64,000 bases of DNA from Candidatus Bipolaricaulota bacterium (GTDB lineage: Bacteria > Bipolaricaulota > Bipolaricaulia > RBG-16-55-9 > DRXL01), in assembly GCA_025060395.1 (NCBI GenBank), contig JANXCC010000007.1, positions 3,308 to 67,307 on the forward strand, in the 5' to 3' direction. The translations under genes and the position numbers were made by a program. The notes beneath the pieces are model-generated. The model was not told where the DNA came from. It made no database searches and saw only the letters and a list, made by a program, of their open reading frames with translations. Shown in pieces: positions 54,269 through 64,000 of this stretch (position 1 is the first letter of the stretch; each line of letters starts with the position of its first letter).

Positions 54269-54297
54269 TTGAATCTCCCTAAACTGTTTGCTATACT
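54269..54297 (+). promoter_or_regulatory. sigma-70-type promoter of the V-type ATPase operon
   Basis: TTGAAT (54269-54274), 17-nt spacer, TATACT (54292-54297), 42 nt upstream of ATG 54340 (RBS AGGAGAG). Confidence 0.5.
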
Positions 54298-54339
54298 CGG
54301 TATAACTTTCGCCCACCACGTGTTTCACAGGAGAGCACG

Positions 54340-54717
54340 ATGTGTGGGCGCGTGTTGACAGCGAGGGCAGGGATGAGACCAGAGCGCCAGCTCAGTCCAG
54401 AGGAACGGTTCTCTGAACTAGTCTTGATCCGAGAGAAGGAGCAAGAGATCAAGCGTCGCCTTGAGGCGGCGCGCGCCCGTGCGGAGGAGCAGCTTGCTCA
54501 GGCCCGTAAGCGCGCCGCGCAGCTCAAGTCCCAAGCCAGGCAAGAGCTGCACCGGGAGCTAGAGCGACGCCGCGCGGAGGCTCAGGCTGCCTACGAGGCC
54601 GAAGCCCAGCGGATCCTCGCCGAAGGCCGTGCTCGCGCGCAACAGGTCTTCGAGCGTGTCCAAGCACACATGGCCCATCTATTTGAAAAACTCCGCCGCG
54701 AGCTCTTCCTCGAGTGA
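54340..54717 (+). CDS. V/A-type ATPase peripheral-stalk subunit (G/H-like coiled coil)
   Basis: 125-aa Arg/Glu/Ala-rich helix (EKEQEIKRRLEAARARAEEQLAQARKRAAQLK...). It is the first gene of the operon, as in the Thermus atp cluster, and its stop overlaps the next start (GTGA). Confidence 0.5.
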   Translation: MCGRVLTARAGMRPERQLSPEERFSELVLIREKEQEIKRRLEAARARAEEQLAQARKRAAQLKSQARQELHRELERRRAEAQAAYEAEAQRILAEGRARAQQVFERVQAHMAHLFEKLRRELFLE

Positions 54718-56552
54718 CGACCATGCAGCGCCGCATGACCCGTGTCTACGTGATCTCCTCGCAGCACCGGCGGGACGAGCTGGTGCGAGCCCTTCAGAGA
54801 CTGGGGGTCCTTCACATCGACCCGGTGCAGCTGACAGATCGCCCCACTTCTTCCCAGGAGCTGAGCGCCGAGCGCCACGACGCAGAAGTCCTCCTCTTGC
54901 AGGTCCGCGGGCTACGCGACCTGCTAGCACCCCCGCCTGATATTCCGGCGCCAACTTATGCAAGACTCGATCTAGCACAAACGCGGGAGCACCTCCAGAG
55001 GCTTGAGGAGCAGGTGCGTTCGGCCATCGTCGAGCGCCGCCAGCTCCAGGAGCGGCTGGAAGCAGCAACGAGCCTCAAATATATCCTCGACGCTACACAA
55101 GCTCTGCTGCAAGAGATCGCCACGCCCCCCAGTCACGAGCTGATCATAGGACTGGGCAGCAGCCCTCTCTCTCCGGAGGAGATCGCACAATTTTTAGAAC
55201 AGACCCTGCCAGGGCGATGCGTCGTCCGCCTCCATGCCTTACCTGCAGATCGCTGGGAGCTGGTGGTGAGCGTCGACGCTCTCTATGCTGCAGCGGTGCG
55301 TGAGTATCTAGGAGCCAAAGGGGTGCGCCCCTTAGCGCTCCCCGCCCATATCCCCAGTAATCTAAGCTTGGCCGAAGCTATCGCTCACTTACAGCGTGAT
55401 CTCAAGGAGGCTCCGATCCGCCTCCGCGAGATCGACGCGAAGCTCCACGAGCTGGGGCAGGCTCATGGGGCGGAACTGCTCGCCCTAGAACGCGCTCTGG
55501 TCAATAGAATTGCCCAGCTTGATGCGATGGCCCGCTTCGGCTACACCGCCTATGCCCTCGTGATCTCCGGCTGGATTCCCCACGAAGAGTTCGAGCCTTT
55601 TGCTCGCAGGCTCCAGGAGCAATTCCCTGAAGTGATCGTGCGCGAGGACCCGCAGCCCGCCCCCCCTCACGAGATCCCCGTAGCGCTCCACAATAATAGC
55701 TGGAGCCGACCCTATGAGCTCTTCTTGTCTATCATGGGGATGCCCAAGTACGGCACGATCGATCCTGTGCCGTTTATCAGCTTCTTCTTCCCGCTCTTTT
55801 TTGGGATCATCGTAGGCGATATAGGCTACGGCGCTGTCATTGGGCTCTTGGGGTTCTGGCTGCGTCGGCGTTTTGCTCACTCTAATATAGTGCGGCAAGC
55901 AAGCCAGATCGTGATCCACTGCGCCTTCTCTACAATAGTCTTTGGAGCGATCTTCGCCGAGCTCTTTGGGTTTATCTTGCCGTACCCCCATCTGAAGCGT
56001 GGCGAGCAGACCAACGCTCTGTTGCTCTTCACCGTTGCGTTAGGGGCGACTCAGATTCTCCTGGGCTTTCTGCTTGGGGCGATCAACGCATTCAGGGAGC
56101 GCCATAACAAACATGCGCTGGCGAAGCTCGCCGCCATCGGCGCTCTGCTCGGCCTGGGGCTGACCATCGGCGCGCTTGCCGGACAGCTCCCTGACGCCCT
56201 CAAGACCCCAAGCTTTGCGCTCCTGGCTGCAGCCATGGTGCTCTTGGTGCTGAGCGAGGGCTTCTTAGGGGTTCTAGAATTAGTCAGCTACGTCGGCAAT
56301 ATTATCTCCTATGCCCGGCTGATGGGCTTTGGCTTAGTGGGGCTGAAGATCGCGGAGGTGATCAATGAGCTGGGACATGCGTTGCATAATATCTTCTTAG
56401 CGGTGCTGATTGGGATTGCAGCCCATGCCGCGAATCTAGGGCTGGCCATCTTTGAAGCGACAGTGCAGTCGGCACGATTGCACTACGTCGAGTTCTTTGG
56501 GAAATTCTTAGAGTTGGGCGGCCGCAAGTACGAGCCGTTCCGAGAGATTTAA
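54714..56552 (+). CDS. atpI: V-type ATP synthase subunit I
   Basis: 612 aa with a soluble coiled N-half, about 7 TM helices in the C-half and a conserved Arg region (ISYARLMGFGL). Confidence 0.85.
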   Translation: MTTMQRRMTRVYVISSQHRRDELVRALQRLGVLHIDPVQLTDRPTSSQELSAERHDAEVLLLQVRGLRDLLAPPPDIPAPTYARLDLAQTREHLQRLEEQVRSAIVERRQLQERLEAATSLKYILDATQALLQEIATPPSHELIIGLGSSPLSPEEIAQFLEQTLPGRCVVRLHALPADRWELVVSVDALYAAAVREYLGAKGVRPLALPAHIPSNLSLAEAIAHLQRDLKEAPIRLREIDAKLHELGQAHGAELLALERALVNRIAQLDAMARFGYTAYALVISGWIPHEEFEPFARRLQEQFPEVIVREDPQPAPPHEIPVALHNNSWSRPYELFLSIMGMPKYGTIDPVPFISFFFPLFFGIIVGDIGYGAVIGLLGFWLRRRFAHSNIVRQASQIVIHCAFSTIVFGAIFAELFGFILPYPHLKRGEQTNALLLFTVALGATQILLGFLLGAINAFRERHNKHALAKLAAIGALLGLGLTIGALAGQLPDALKTPSFALLAAAMVLLVLSEGFLGVLELVSYVGNIISYARLMGFGLVGLKIAEVINELGHALHNIFLAVLIGIAAHAANLGLAIFEATVQSARLHYVEFFGKFLELGGRKYEPFREI

Positions 56553-56574
56553 CCACACCACGAAAGGAGACCAT

Positions 56575-56880
56575 ATGAAGAGACTCGCACTAGCTGTTCT
56601 TATCTTCAATGTGATCGTAGTCGGGGCATGCTTTGGAGGGTTGGCTCAAGAGCTTGCACAGGATGCGGAAAGCCCGCTCGTTGCAGGGCTGAAGACAATC
56701 GCCGCAGCGATTGCCTTCGCGTCAGGGGCGTTTGCCACGGCGTGGGTACAGACGCGCGTCGGCCCGGCAGCCATGGCCGCAGTAGCCGAAAACCGCGAGA
56801 ATTTCTTCAGTGCGTTGGTCTTAGTCGCGCTGCCGGAGACGCTCGTCGTCTTCGGGTTCGTCGTGATATTCTTGCTGTGA
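56575..56880 (+). CDS. atpK: V-type ATP synthase subunit K (proteolipid)
   Basis: 101 aa with a two-helix hairpin carrying a carboxylate in the second helix (LVALPETLVVFGFVV). Confidence 0.8.
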   Translation: MKRLALAVLIFNVIVVGACFGGLAQELAQDAESPLVAGLKTIAAAIAFASGAFATAWVQTRVGPAAMAAVAENRENFFSALVLVALPETLVVFGFVVIFLL

Positions 56881-56881
56881 T

Positions 56882-57448
56882 ATGGAGCTGCTACGTCAGA
56901 TCGAAGCGGAGGGCGAGCGCCAAGTTCAAGAGCTCTTAGCTCAAGCAGAGAGGCAAGCTCAAGAGATCCTAGCACAGGCGGAGCACGAGATCGCCCAAGA
57001 GCGCGAGCGTGCTCTCAAAGAACTTGAAGCACAAGTGGATCGAGAGCGCCAAGCGGCGCTTAGCCGCGCCCACTCCCAAGCTCGCGCAGAGCTCCTCAAA
57101 GCGAAGAACTCCGTAGCAGAGGCGCTCTTCGAGAGGCTCGCTCAAGAGATGGCCCAGCTCCGCTCCGATCCGGCACGATATAGAAGATTTCTAGAGAGAT
57201 GCCTGCGCGAAGTCGAGCAGGCCATTCCAGGGCCGCTTGTCGTTCGCGCCGCGCCAGAAGATCAGAAGCTTCTTCGCGAGTTGCTCGCGGGGACGCAACA
57301 TACCCTGGGCGATCCTGTCAAGACCGTGGGCGGGATCTTGGCCCTCAATGAGCGCGGCGATCTTGTCGTAGATAATCGCTTAGAGACGCGCTTAGCTAAC
57401 CTCCAAGCACGCTATCGCCTCGAAATCGGGCGAGCGCTCGCAGCGTAG
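56882..57448 (+). CDS. atpE: V-type ATP synthase subunit E
   Basis: 188 aa with a long N-terminal helix (ELLRQIEAEGERQVQELLAQAERQAQEIL...) and a globular C-terminus, in the expected operon position. Confidence 0.75.
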   Translation: MELLRQIEAEGERQVQELLAQAERQAQEILAQAEHEIAQERERALKELEAQVDRERQAALSRAHSQARAELLKAKNSVAEALFERLAQEMAQLRSDPARYRRFLERCLREVEQAIPGPLVVRAAPEDQKLLRELLAGTQHTLGDPVKTVGGILALNERGDLVVDNRLETRLANLQARYRLEIGRALAA

Positions 57449-57450
57449 CT

Positions 57451-58503
57451 ATGTCTTACGAATATCTCAACACACGAGTGCGTGTCATGCTTGCGAAGCT
57501 TCTCAAACCCAAAGAGTTTGAGGCGCTCTTGGAGCTCCGCGAGCTCGATGAGCTCATCGACGCCTTGGCTGACACCGATTATGCCCCGGAGCTTGAACAC
57601 TGCTCCGTCGAATTCTCTGGATATGAGCTGATCGAGCAGACGATCCTGCGGAACGGCCAGCGTGTCTTTACTCGCTTGATGCGCATTGCTCCCGAAGACC
57701 CACGCCAGCTCCTCGAGGTAGTCTTGGAACGCTTTGAGATCTTCAATCTCAAAACGATCCTGCGAGGCATCCATGTCGGCGCCTCCCCTCAGGAGATCGC
57801 GCGGAGTCTCTACCCGTCCCTGCTCTTCTCTCCAGCGTTCTATCATGAGCTCCTCCAACGCCAGACGCTACGTGCCGTGCTCGATTATCTCTTGAGCGTA
57901 GGCCATCGCTACTATGAGCCGTTGGCTCGAGTCTTCCCTGAGTACGAACGCACCCAGAAGCTCGCCGTGGTGGAGCACGCCCTTGATTCGTTCTACTTCG
58001 GCCATGTCCAGGAGCTCTTCACTCGAAGAGGCGATACGAATGCCCAGATAGTGCGCGACGCCTTAGGCCTAGAGGTCGATCTTCTCAACATAGTCTATGC
58101 GCGGCGCGTCGTCGAAGCCGGCGTGGACTCGGAGGAGAGATATCGCTATATCCTAGAGGGTGGCCGCCATATCTCTAAAGAGATAGCGGTCGAGCTGGTC
58201 AACTCAGCAGGGGTGAGCGAATTCTGGAGAAAGTTTGCGCGTACTCCATACTTTCGGAAGCTTGGGGCGCCGCGCGAGCCCCTGAGCGCCCCGCGCCTCC
58301 AGGAGCGCTTAGAAAATCTTCTCTACGCCGAGCTCTGCCGGCTCGAATTGGGACGACTCTTCGACATCCAGCTGGCTCTGAGCTATATCTGGCGCAAGAG
58401 CGCCGAGATGACTAATCTCCGGGTGATCGCGAGCGGCCTGCTGCGCCATACGTCGCGCGCCCACATCGAAGAGAATCTCATTCCCCTGGAGGTCTTAGCG
58501 TGA
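57451..58503 (+). CDS. atpC: V-type ATP synthase subunit C (eukaryotic d homolog)
   Basis: 350-aa all-helical protein starting MSYEYLNTRVRVMLAKLL, which is typical of this subunit, in the expected operon position. Confidence 0.75.
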   Translation: MSYEYLNTRVRVMLAKLLKPKEFEALLELRELDELIDALADTDYAPELEHCSVEFSGYELIEQTILRNGQRVFTRLMRIAPEDPRQLLEVVLERFEIFNLKTILRGIHVGASPQEIARSLYPSLLFSPAFYHELLQRQTLRAVLDYLLSVGHRYYEPLARVFPEYERTQKLAVVEHALDSFYFGHVQELFTRRGDTNAQIVRDALGLEVDLLNIVYARRVVEAGVDSEERYRYILEGGRHISKEIAVELVNSAGVSEFWRKFARTPYFRKLGAPREPLSAPRLQERLENLLYAELCRLELGRLFDIQLALSYIWRKSAEMTNLRVIASGLLRHTSRAHIEENLIPLEVLA

Positions 58504-58805
58504 AGCCGATCATCGTGGCTCCTCCGGATCTTGCCGACGGCTTTCGTCTGGCAGGGGTGGCGGTCTTCGAGATCACAGCTCACCATGAGATTGATCAGAT
58601 CGTTGAGCGGATCCGTGCCATGCCTGAGGTCGGCTTAGTCTTGGTGGACGAGCGCTTCATGGAAGGCTTTGAGCGCGCGTTAGGTGGGGGCGAGCTGCCC
58701 ATGCTAGCGTCCTTCCCCGCCGCAGAAGTCGCTCGCGAAGAGACGTACATCGACGAACTGACAAAACGGTTTCTCGGACAGAAGATCTACATCGAGGGAG
58801 CGTGA
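58500..58805 (+). CDS. atpF: V-type ATP synthase subunit F
   Basis: 101 aa with MKPIIVAPPDLADGFRLAGV... and overlapping start/stop codons with its neighbours. Confidence 0.75.
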   Translation: MKPIIVAPPDLADGFRLAGVAVFEITAHHEIDQIVERIRAMPEVGLVLVDERFMEGFERALGGGELPMLASFPAAEVAREETYIDELTKRFLGQKIYIEGA

Positions 58806-58809
58806 GCCT

Positions 58810-60552
58810 ATGATCGTGGGGCGGATTACACGGATCTCCGGCCCGGTCGTCACCGCTCGAGGGATGGAGGGCATCAAGATTCGCGATATGGTGCGCGTGG
58901 GCGAACTGGGCCTCGTCGGAGAGGTGATCGAAGTCAAGGGCGATCTCGTCTCGATCCAAGTCTACGAAGAGACTGACGGTTTGAGAGTCGGCGAGCCCGT
59001 CCAAAGCGAAGGCCGGCCCTTCCTAGCCGAGCTTGGGCCGGGGCTCTTAGGGACGATCTACGATGGGATCCAGCGCCCGCTCGAGGTCATCCGCGATCAA
59101 ACAGGGGTGTTCCTCGCGCGAGGCGCCTCGGGAGATCCCCTCAACCGCTCCAAACGCTGGCATTTCGTGCCCACGGCGCAGATTGGCGATCATGTCGCCT
59201 ATGGAGATGTCGTGGGCTGGGTGCAAGAGACGCCCGCCATCACTCATAAGATCATGGTCCCTGAAGGGATCAGGGGGCGGATCGTCGCGATCGCCGAGGG
59301 CGACTACACGGTCGACGAGCCGATTGCAGAGCTCGACACGGGGCAGAAGCTCTATATGAAGCAGCTCTGGCCGATCCGCAGACCGCGTCCTAGCGCTCAG
59401 AAGATCGCACCAGCTCTCCCCCTGATCACCGGGCAACGGATCTTCGATGTCTTCTTCCCCGTGCCCAAGGGTGGAAGCGCCATTGTGCCCGGGCCATTTG
59501 GCTCGGGGAAGACGGTCACTCAACAAGCCCTAGCCAAGTGGTCCGACGCCGATATCGTTGTCTATATTGGGTGTGGGGAACGGGGCAATGAGATGACCGA
59601 AGTCTTGACGGAATTTCCCCGTCTGGAGGACCCGCGCACGGGCCAGCCTCTGATGCGCCGCACGGTGCTCATCGCCAATACGTCTAATATGCCTGTAGCG
59701 GCTCGCGAGACAAGCATCTACATGGGCATCACCATTGCCGAGTACTACCGTGACATGGGGTACGACGTGGCGCTCATGGCCGACTCGACGTCGCGGTGGG
59801 CCGAGGCCCTGCGCGAGATCTCGGGACGCCTCGAAGAGATGCCCGGCGAAGAGGGCTATCCACCGTACTTAGCGAGCCGTATTGCAGAGTTCTACGAGCG
59901 TGCCGGACGCGTGATCTGCCTTGGCTCCCCTCACCGAGAAGGCTCGGTGACGGTGATCGGGGCGGTCTCGCCCCCTGGAGGAGACTTCTCCGAACCCGTG
60001 ACGCAGAACTCCCTGAGGATAGCCGGGGCATTCTGGGGCCTGGATGCCCGCTTGGCCTATAGCCGGCACTTCCCCGCGATCAACTGGCTAACTAGTTACT
60101 CTCTCTACCTGGATGTGCTACAAGACTGGTACATCCGCCACCTTGGGGCGGACTTTCTCGCGATGCGCCGTGAGCTTCTGGAGATCCTCCAGAAAGAAGA
60201 CGAGTTGAAGAAGATCGTCCAGCTTGTGGGCAGAGAATCGCTCAGCGAGCCCGATAAGCTCTTATTAGATATAGCCCGCACCATCCGCGATGACTTCTTG
60301 CGTCAAAACGCGTTTCACGAGATCGATGCCTTCTGCCCCCTGAAGAAACAATACTATATGATGCAAGCGATTTTAACGTTCTACAAGGCGTGTCAACGCC
60401 TGGTGGGCACCGTCCCCTATGATGAGCTTGCGAAGCTTCCAGAATGGGAGCAGCTGAGCAAGATGCGCTACGTGCCGAATGAGCAGATCGGAAGCTTCTT
60501 CCCAAAGTTCATCCAAGAGCTCAGCACCCTGAGCAAGGAGGCTGTCCGATGA
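58810..60552 (+). CDS. atpA: V-type ATP synthase catalytic subunit A
   Basis: 580 aa with the P-loop GPFGSGKTV and the non-homologous insert typical of A subunits, plus [16 protein letters not shown]. Confidence 0.95.
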   Translation: MIVGRITRISGPVVTARGMEGIKIRDMVRVGELGLVGEVIEVKGDLVSIQVYEETDGLRVGEPVQSEGRPFLAELGPGLLGTIYDGIQRPLEVIRDQTGVFLARGASGDPLNRSKRWHFVPTAQIGDHVAYGDVVGWVQETPAITHKIMVPEGIRGRIVAIAEGDYTVDEPIAELDTGQKLYMKQLWPIRRPRPSAQKIAPALPLITGQRIFDVFFPVPKGGSAIVPGPFGSGKTVTQQALAKWSDADIVVYIGCGERGNEMTEVLTEFPRLEDPRTGQPLMRRTVLIANTSNMPVAARETSIYMGITIAEYYRDMGYDVALMADSTSRWAEALREISGRLEEMPGEEGYPPYLASRIAEFYERAGRVICLGSPHREGSVTVIGAVSPPGGDFSEPVTQNSLRIAGAFWGLDARLAYSRHFPAINWLTSYSLYLDVLQDWYIRHLGADFLAMRRELLEILQKEDELKKIVQLVGRESLSEPDKLLLDIARTIRDDFLRQNAFHEIDAFCPLKKQYYMMQAILTFYKACQRLVGTVPYDELAKLPEWEQLSKMRYVPNEQIGSFFPKFIQELSTLSKEAVR

Positions 60553-61937
60553 ACGCCCCCCTCTATGCTAAGGCCTACCAGACGATCACGGACATTAAAG
60601 GCCCCTTGGTCTTTTTACGAGGCGCTCCCGAGGTGCGTTACGGCGAGCGCGTCACGCTCGTCGATAGCCTGGGGAACAAGAAGTCCGGCCAAGTCCTCGA
60701 GGTTGGCGAAGATAGTATCGTGGTGCAAGTCTTTGAGGGCAGCGACGGTTTGGACAAGAAGGGAACCGCTGTCTTTTTCAGTGGTGACGTTGTCAAGCTT
60801 GGGCTCTCTGAAGAGATGCTAGGCCGCGTCTTTGACGGCTCTGGCAAACCTCGTGACGGCCTAGGTGAGATCTTTCCCGAGGTCGAGCGCCCTATCACCG
60901 GCAGCCCCCTCAACCCCGTCTGCCGCCAACAGCCCTTCCAGTACATCGAGACGGGGATCTCTTCAATAGATCTGATGAACACCCTCGTCAAGGGGCAGAA
61001 GCTCCCCATCTTTACGGGGGCAGGACTGCCAGCCAATAGAGTCGCGGTCCAGATAGCCCGCCAAGTAATCCGTCAGTCTCAGGAAGAACTGATCGTCGTC
61101 TTCGCCGGTATGGGCATCACCTCGAGAGAATATAATTATTTCTATCAAGAGTTCCAAAAGTCCGGAGCGCTCGCCAACGCCGTGCTCTTCCTGAATCTCG
61201 CCGACGACCCAACGATTGAACGCATCCTCACCCCTCGGCTCGCTCTGACGACCGCTGAGTACTTTGCCTTCGACAGAGGCCGAGACGTCCTGGTCATCTT
61301 GACCGATATGCTTAACTACGCCAATGCCCTTCGGGAGATCAGCTCCGCTCGCGAAGAGATCCCAGGACGACGCGGCTACCCCGGCTATCTCTATACAGAC
61401 TTAGCCACCAACTACGAACGCGCCGGGATCATCCAAGGGCAGAAGGGATCGGTGACCCAGCTGCCCATCGTCACCATGCCCAACGACGACATTACCCACC
61501 CCGTCATCGATCTGACAGGCTATATCACCGAAGGGCAAATCATTCTCAGTCGCGACCTCGACCGCAAAGGCATCTATCCCCCCATCGATCCCTTGCCAAG
61601 CCTCTCACGCTTGATGAACTTGGGGATCGGCCCAGGGAAGACCAGAGCAGATCATCGCCAAGTCCAGGACCAGCTCTATGCCCTCTACGCCCAGGGCAAA
61701 GAACTGGAGAAGCTCACAGCGATCATCGGGAGCGCGGGCTTGGGCGAGACGGAGAGGCGAATCCTTCGGTTTGTCGAACGCTTCGAGAGGGAGTTTATCA
61801 ACCAAGGGGAGCAGCCGCGCACGATCCAGGAGAGCCTCGCCCTAGCCTGGGATCTGCTCAGCGAGATCCCCCGCGCGGAGCTGCGCCGCGTCGAAGATAA
61901 GTACATAGATCAATACTGGAGGGGCGCGCGTCCATGA
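60549..61937 (+). CDS. atpB: V-type ATP synthase subunit B
   Basis: 462 aa with the B-type motifs [21 protein letters not shown] and PSLSRLM. Confidence 0.95.
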   Translation: MNAPLYAKAYQTITDIKGPLVFLRGAPEVRYGERVTLVDSLGNKKSGQVLEVGEDSIVVQVFEGSDGLDKKGTAVFFSGDVVKLGLSEEMLGRVFDGSGKPRDGLGEIFPEVERPITGSPLNPVCRQQPFQYIETGISSIDLMNTLVKGQKLPIFTGAGLPANRVAVQIARQVIRQSQEELIVVFAGMGITSREYNYFYQEFQKSGALANAVLFLNLADDPTIERILTPRLALTTAEYFAFDRGRDVLVILTDMLNYANALREISSAREEIPGRRGYPGYLYTDLATNYERAGIIQGQKGSVTQLPIVTMPNDDITHPVIDLTGYITEGQIILSRDLDRKGIYPPIDPLPSLSRLMNLGIGPGKTRADHRQVQDQLYALYAQGKELEKLTAIIGSAGLGETERRILRFVERFEREFINQGEQPRTIQESLALAWDLLSEIPRAELRRVEDKYIDQYWRGARP

Positions 61938-61998
61938 CAGCCCAGCAGGGACATGAGGTGTTGACCAACCTCTCAAGTTCATATAATCTCTCAGAGAT

Positions 61999-63207
61999 AT
62001 GACGAACAAGGGAGCGGCTATAGAGATTTTAGAGCTTCTAGGGAGCAGCCGGCCAATCCAAGAGATCGTCGAGAGCTTCCAGCGAGAGTTCAACAAGGTG
62101 CTGGCAGCCTCGCTGACGCGTCGCGCCGAAGAATCTCAGCATTTGCCTGCCCTCGTACAACGCGCACTTGCCGGGCCAGAACGCTTCAGCCTGCAGAGCT
62201 TTACCGCGCGGGGCGGCAAGCGCATCCGACCTCTGCTTTTCTGTTGCGGGTATCTTTGCCTGGGTGGCACCGACTCTCAGGCGATCCTGGAGGCTTCAGT
62301 AGCCGTTGAGCTCCTGCAGACCGGGCTCATCATTCACGACGATCTCATCGACCGCAGCACGGAGCGGCGTGCCGGCCCTACCATGCACTTGCTGTGGCGA
62401 GATTATTTTCATCAAGCGCGCTATCGTCCCCGGTACACCGGGGAACCTGAGCACTTTGGGCTCTCCATGGCACTCCTCATGGGGGACATCGCCTCAGCGT
62501 TGGCATATGAGATCTTGGTGCGCTCCCGCTTCCCCGCGGAGCGCCGGCTCGCGGCTGTACGCACGTTCAGCGATGTAATCTATCGCGTCGCATTTGGGGA
62601 GTTGCTCGACGTCGATCTGGGCATGAAGTCCTTGGAGACGCTCTCTGAAGAGGAGATCTTAGAAGTCTATAAGCTCAAGACCGCGGGCTACACGACTGAG
62701 GGGCCGCTGCATATGGGAGCAGTTCTAGGAGGGGCCCAGCCCCATCACCTGGCCCTCCTCAGCGCCTATGCTGTCCCCTTGGGGATAGCGTTCCAGGTGC
62801 AAGACGATCTGCTGGGGATGTTCGGCAGACGGGACGAGATCGGGAAGGACGAGGGTGCGGATCTTCTTGAAGCCAAGCGTACCCCGCTGGTGTTGTGGGC
62901 GTGGCGGCAGGCTCCGCCATCCGGGCGCGCTCTCCTAGAGAGGGCCCTGCAAGACCCTGCGCAGGCGCACCGCGATCTCGACCATATCCGTGCACTCATA
63001 GTCTCTACAGGTGCGGCCTCCCACGCCCAGGAGCTGATCGCACAGCACTTCGTGCGCGTCTATACGAGCTTAGAGAAAATCGAGCGCGAGTTGGGCTCAA
63101 CGGCAGCACGCGTGCTCCGCCAAGTCGCTCAGTACATCGAAGATCGGAGGGATTACAAGGGGGCGGTAGAGGCTTATGTCCACGCTTACGCAAAACGTAT
63201 CGTCTGA
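61999..63207 (+). CDS. polyprenyl (trans-isoprenyl) diphosphate synthase family protein
   Basis: 402 aa with the first Asp-rich motif LIIHDDLID and the second FQVQDDLLG. Confidence 0.85.
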   Translation: MTNKGAAIEILELLGSSRPIQEIVESFQREFNKVLAASLTRRAEESQHLPALVQRALAGPERFSLQSFTARGGKRIRPLLFCCGYLCLGGTDSQAILEASVAVELLQTGLIIHDDLIDRSTERRAGPTMHLLWRDYFHQARYRPRYTGEPEHFGLSMALLMGDIASALAYEILVRSRFPAERRLAAVRTFSDVIYRVAFGELLDVDLGMKSLETLSEEEILEVYKLKTAGYTTEGPLHMGAVLGGAQPHHLALLSAYAVPLGIAFQVQDDLLGMFGRRDEIGKDEGADLLEAKRTPLVLWAWRQAPPSGRALLERALQDPAQAHRDLDHIRALIVSTGAASHAQELIAQHFVRVYTSLEKIERELGSTAARVLRQVAQYIEDRRDYKGAVEAYVHAYAKRIV

Positions 63208-63952
63208 AGAGCAGCACTTGCTCGCGCAGCTCAATCGCGAGCGGATGCCCACTCATATCGCGATCATTATGGATGGCAATGGGCGTTGGGCTAAGGAGCG
63301 TGGGCTCAGCGTCCATCACGGCCATCAAGCGGGGCGTGAGGCCGTCAAACGCACGCTCGAGGCCTGCCTCCAACTGGAGATCCCGTACCTGACGGTCTAC
63401 GCCTTCTCGACGGAGAATTGGCGTCGTCCCGCCAGCGAAGTAAACTTCCTCATGAAGCTCCTGGAGCAAGCTATCGAAGAAGAGCTCGACGAGCTCAAGC
63501 AGAATGGGGTACGGGTGCGCGTCATCGGGCGCCTCAACGACCAACTGCCTGCCTCGCTGGTGCAAAAGGTCCATCGGGTTATCGAAGAGACCCAGCACAA
63601 CAGAAGGCTGACGTTCACCGTGGCGCTCAACTACGGCGGTCGTGCGGAGATCATCGACGCAGCGCGCAAGCTCGCCGCGGAAGCCGCCGCAGGACGACTC
63701 GATCCCCGCTCGATCACTGAGGAGAATTTCCATGAATTTCTCTATACTAATGGCACGCCCGATCCTGATCTTGTGATTCGCACCGGCGGCGAGATGCGCC
63801 TGAGCAATTTCTTGCTCTGGCAGCTTGCATATGCCGAATTCATCTCGACTCCAATCTACTGGCCCGATTTCGATAAGAAGGAGCTCCTCCGCGCCATTCT
63901 CGAGTATCAGCGACGTGAGCGACGCTTTGGAGGACGCAATGGAAGCTATTAA
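63176..63952 (+). CDS. uppS: isoprenyl transferase (undecaprenyl diphosphate synthase)
   Basis: 258 aa with HIAIIMDGNGRWA, YAFSTENWRRP and RTGGEMRLSNFLLWQ. Confidence 0.9.
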   Translation: MSTLTQNVSSEEQHLLAQLNRERMPTHIAIIMDGNGRWAKERGLSVHHGHQAGREAVKRTLEACLQLEIPYLTVYAFSTENWRRPASEVNFLMKLLEQAIEEELDELKQNGVRVRVIGRLNDQLPASLVQKVHRVIEETQHNRRLTFTVALNYGGRAEIIDAARKLAAEAAAGRLDPRSITEENFHEFLYTNGTPDPDLVIRTGGEMRLSNFLLWQLAYAEFISTPIYWPDFDKKELLRAILEYQRRERRFGGRNGSY

Positions 63953-64000
63953 GGCGACTCGCGATGAGCTGGTGCGCGTCCGGCAAGAGCTGGCCATCGC
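63939..64000 (+). CDS. start of an unidentified ORF (partial)
   Basis: ATG 63939 overlaps the end of uppS and reads MEAIKATRDELVRVRQELAI... It is too short to identify. Confidence 0.2.
   Translation, partial: MEAIKATRDELVRVRQELAI

Noticed and set aside
53682-55068. Arg/Pro/Gly-rich overlapping ORFs (for example 53682-54272, 54629-54940, 54679-55068).
   Set aside because: They are off-frame readings of the MFS and V-ATPase G/I genes. Their composition is characteristic of wrong-frame high-GC translation.

Overview
This is a gene-dense bacterial chromosomal segment. Spot counts give about 58% GC in core genes, with several AT-rich islets of 32-38% GC. The organism looks diderm, because several proteins end in outer-membrane beta-barrel signatures. 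It carries a V/A-type ATPase operon in Thermus-like gene order. I cannot assign a taxon from the sequence alone. Promoters that I can read match the sigma-70 consensus closely (TTGACA, 17-18 nt spacer, TATAAT). Core content is zur-znuABC, phnDCE, an Amidase_3 amidase, sppA, xseAB, infB, ychF, sucD, ddl, rpoD, an IscA-like gene, priA, tRNA-Pro(UGG)-dnaX-ybaB-recR, uvrC, an MFS transporter, V-type ATPase genes (G/H-like, I, K, E, C, F, A, B, but no D), a polyprenyl synthase and uppS. The unusual content sits on the minus strand between about 10.9 and 30.5 kb. (1) An operon encodes a 1331-aa DUF11-repeat protein with a dockerin and a sorting-type C-terminal domain, then a cohesin-like lipoprotein, then a predicted OM barrel. 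(2) Two secreted peptidases, one M1 and one HExxH plus PD40 propeller, are each fused to an Omp85-like C-terminal barrel. (3) A six-gene membrane operon holds three tandem Yip1 paralogs, a repeat protein, a small TM protein and a DUF4097 protein. Other notable points are a Rad52-family annealing protein coupled to ychF and an A7 slippery site in dnaX with an immediate -1 stop. tRNA-Pro ends 8 nt before the dnaX ATG. A consensus promoter drives a structured leader and a 23-aa Lys-rich ORF. A 30-nt CRISPR-like repeat occurs in two direct copies plus an inverted copy, with no cas genes in the window. An rbfA remnant follows DUF503. Four frame breaks at short homopolymers cluster between 13.6 and 16.3 kb. 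I recognised no rRNA, transposase or integrase.
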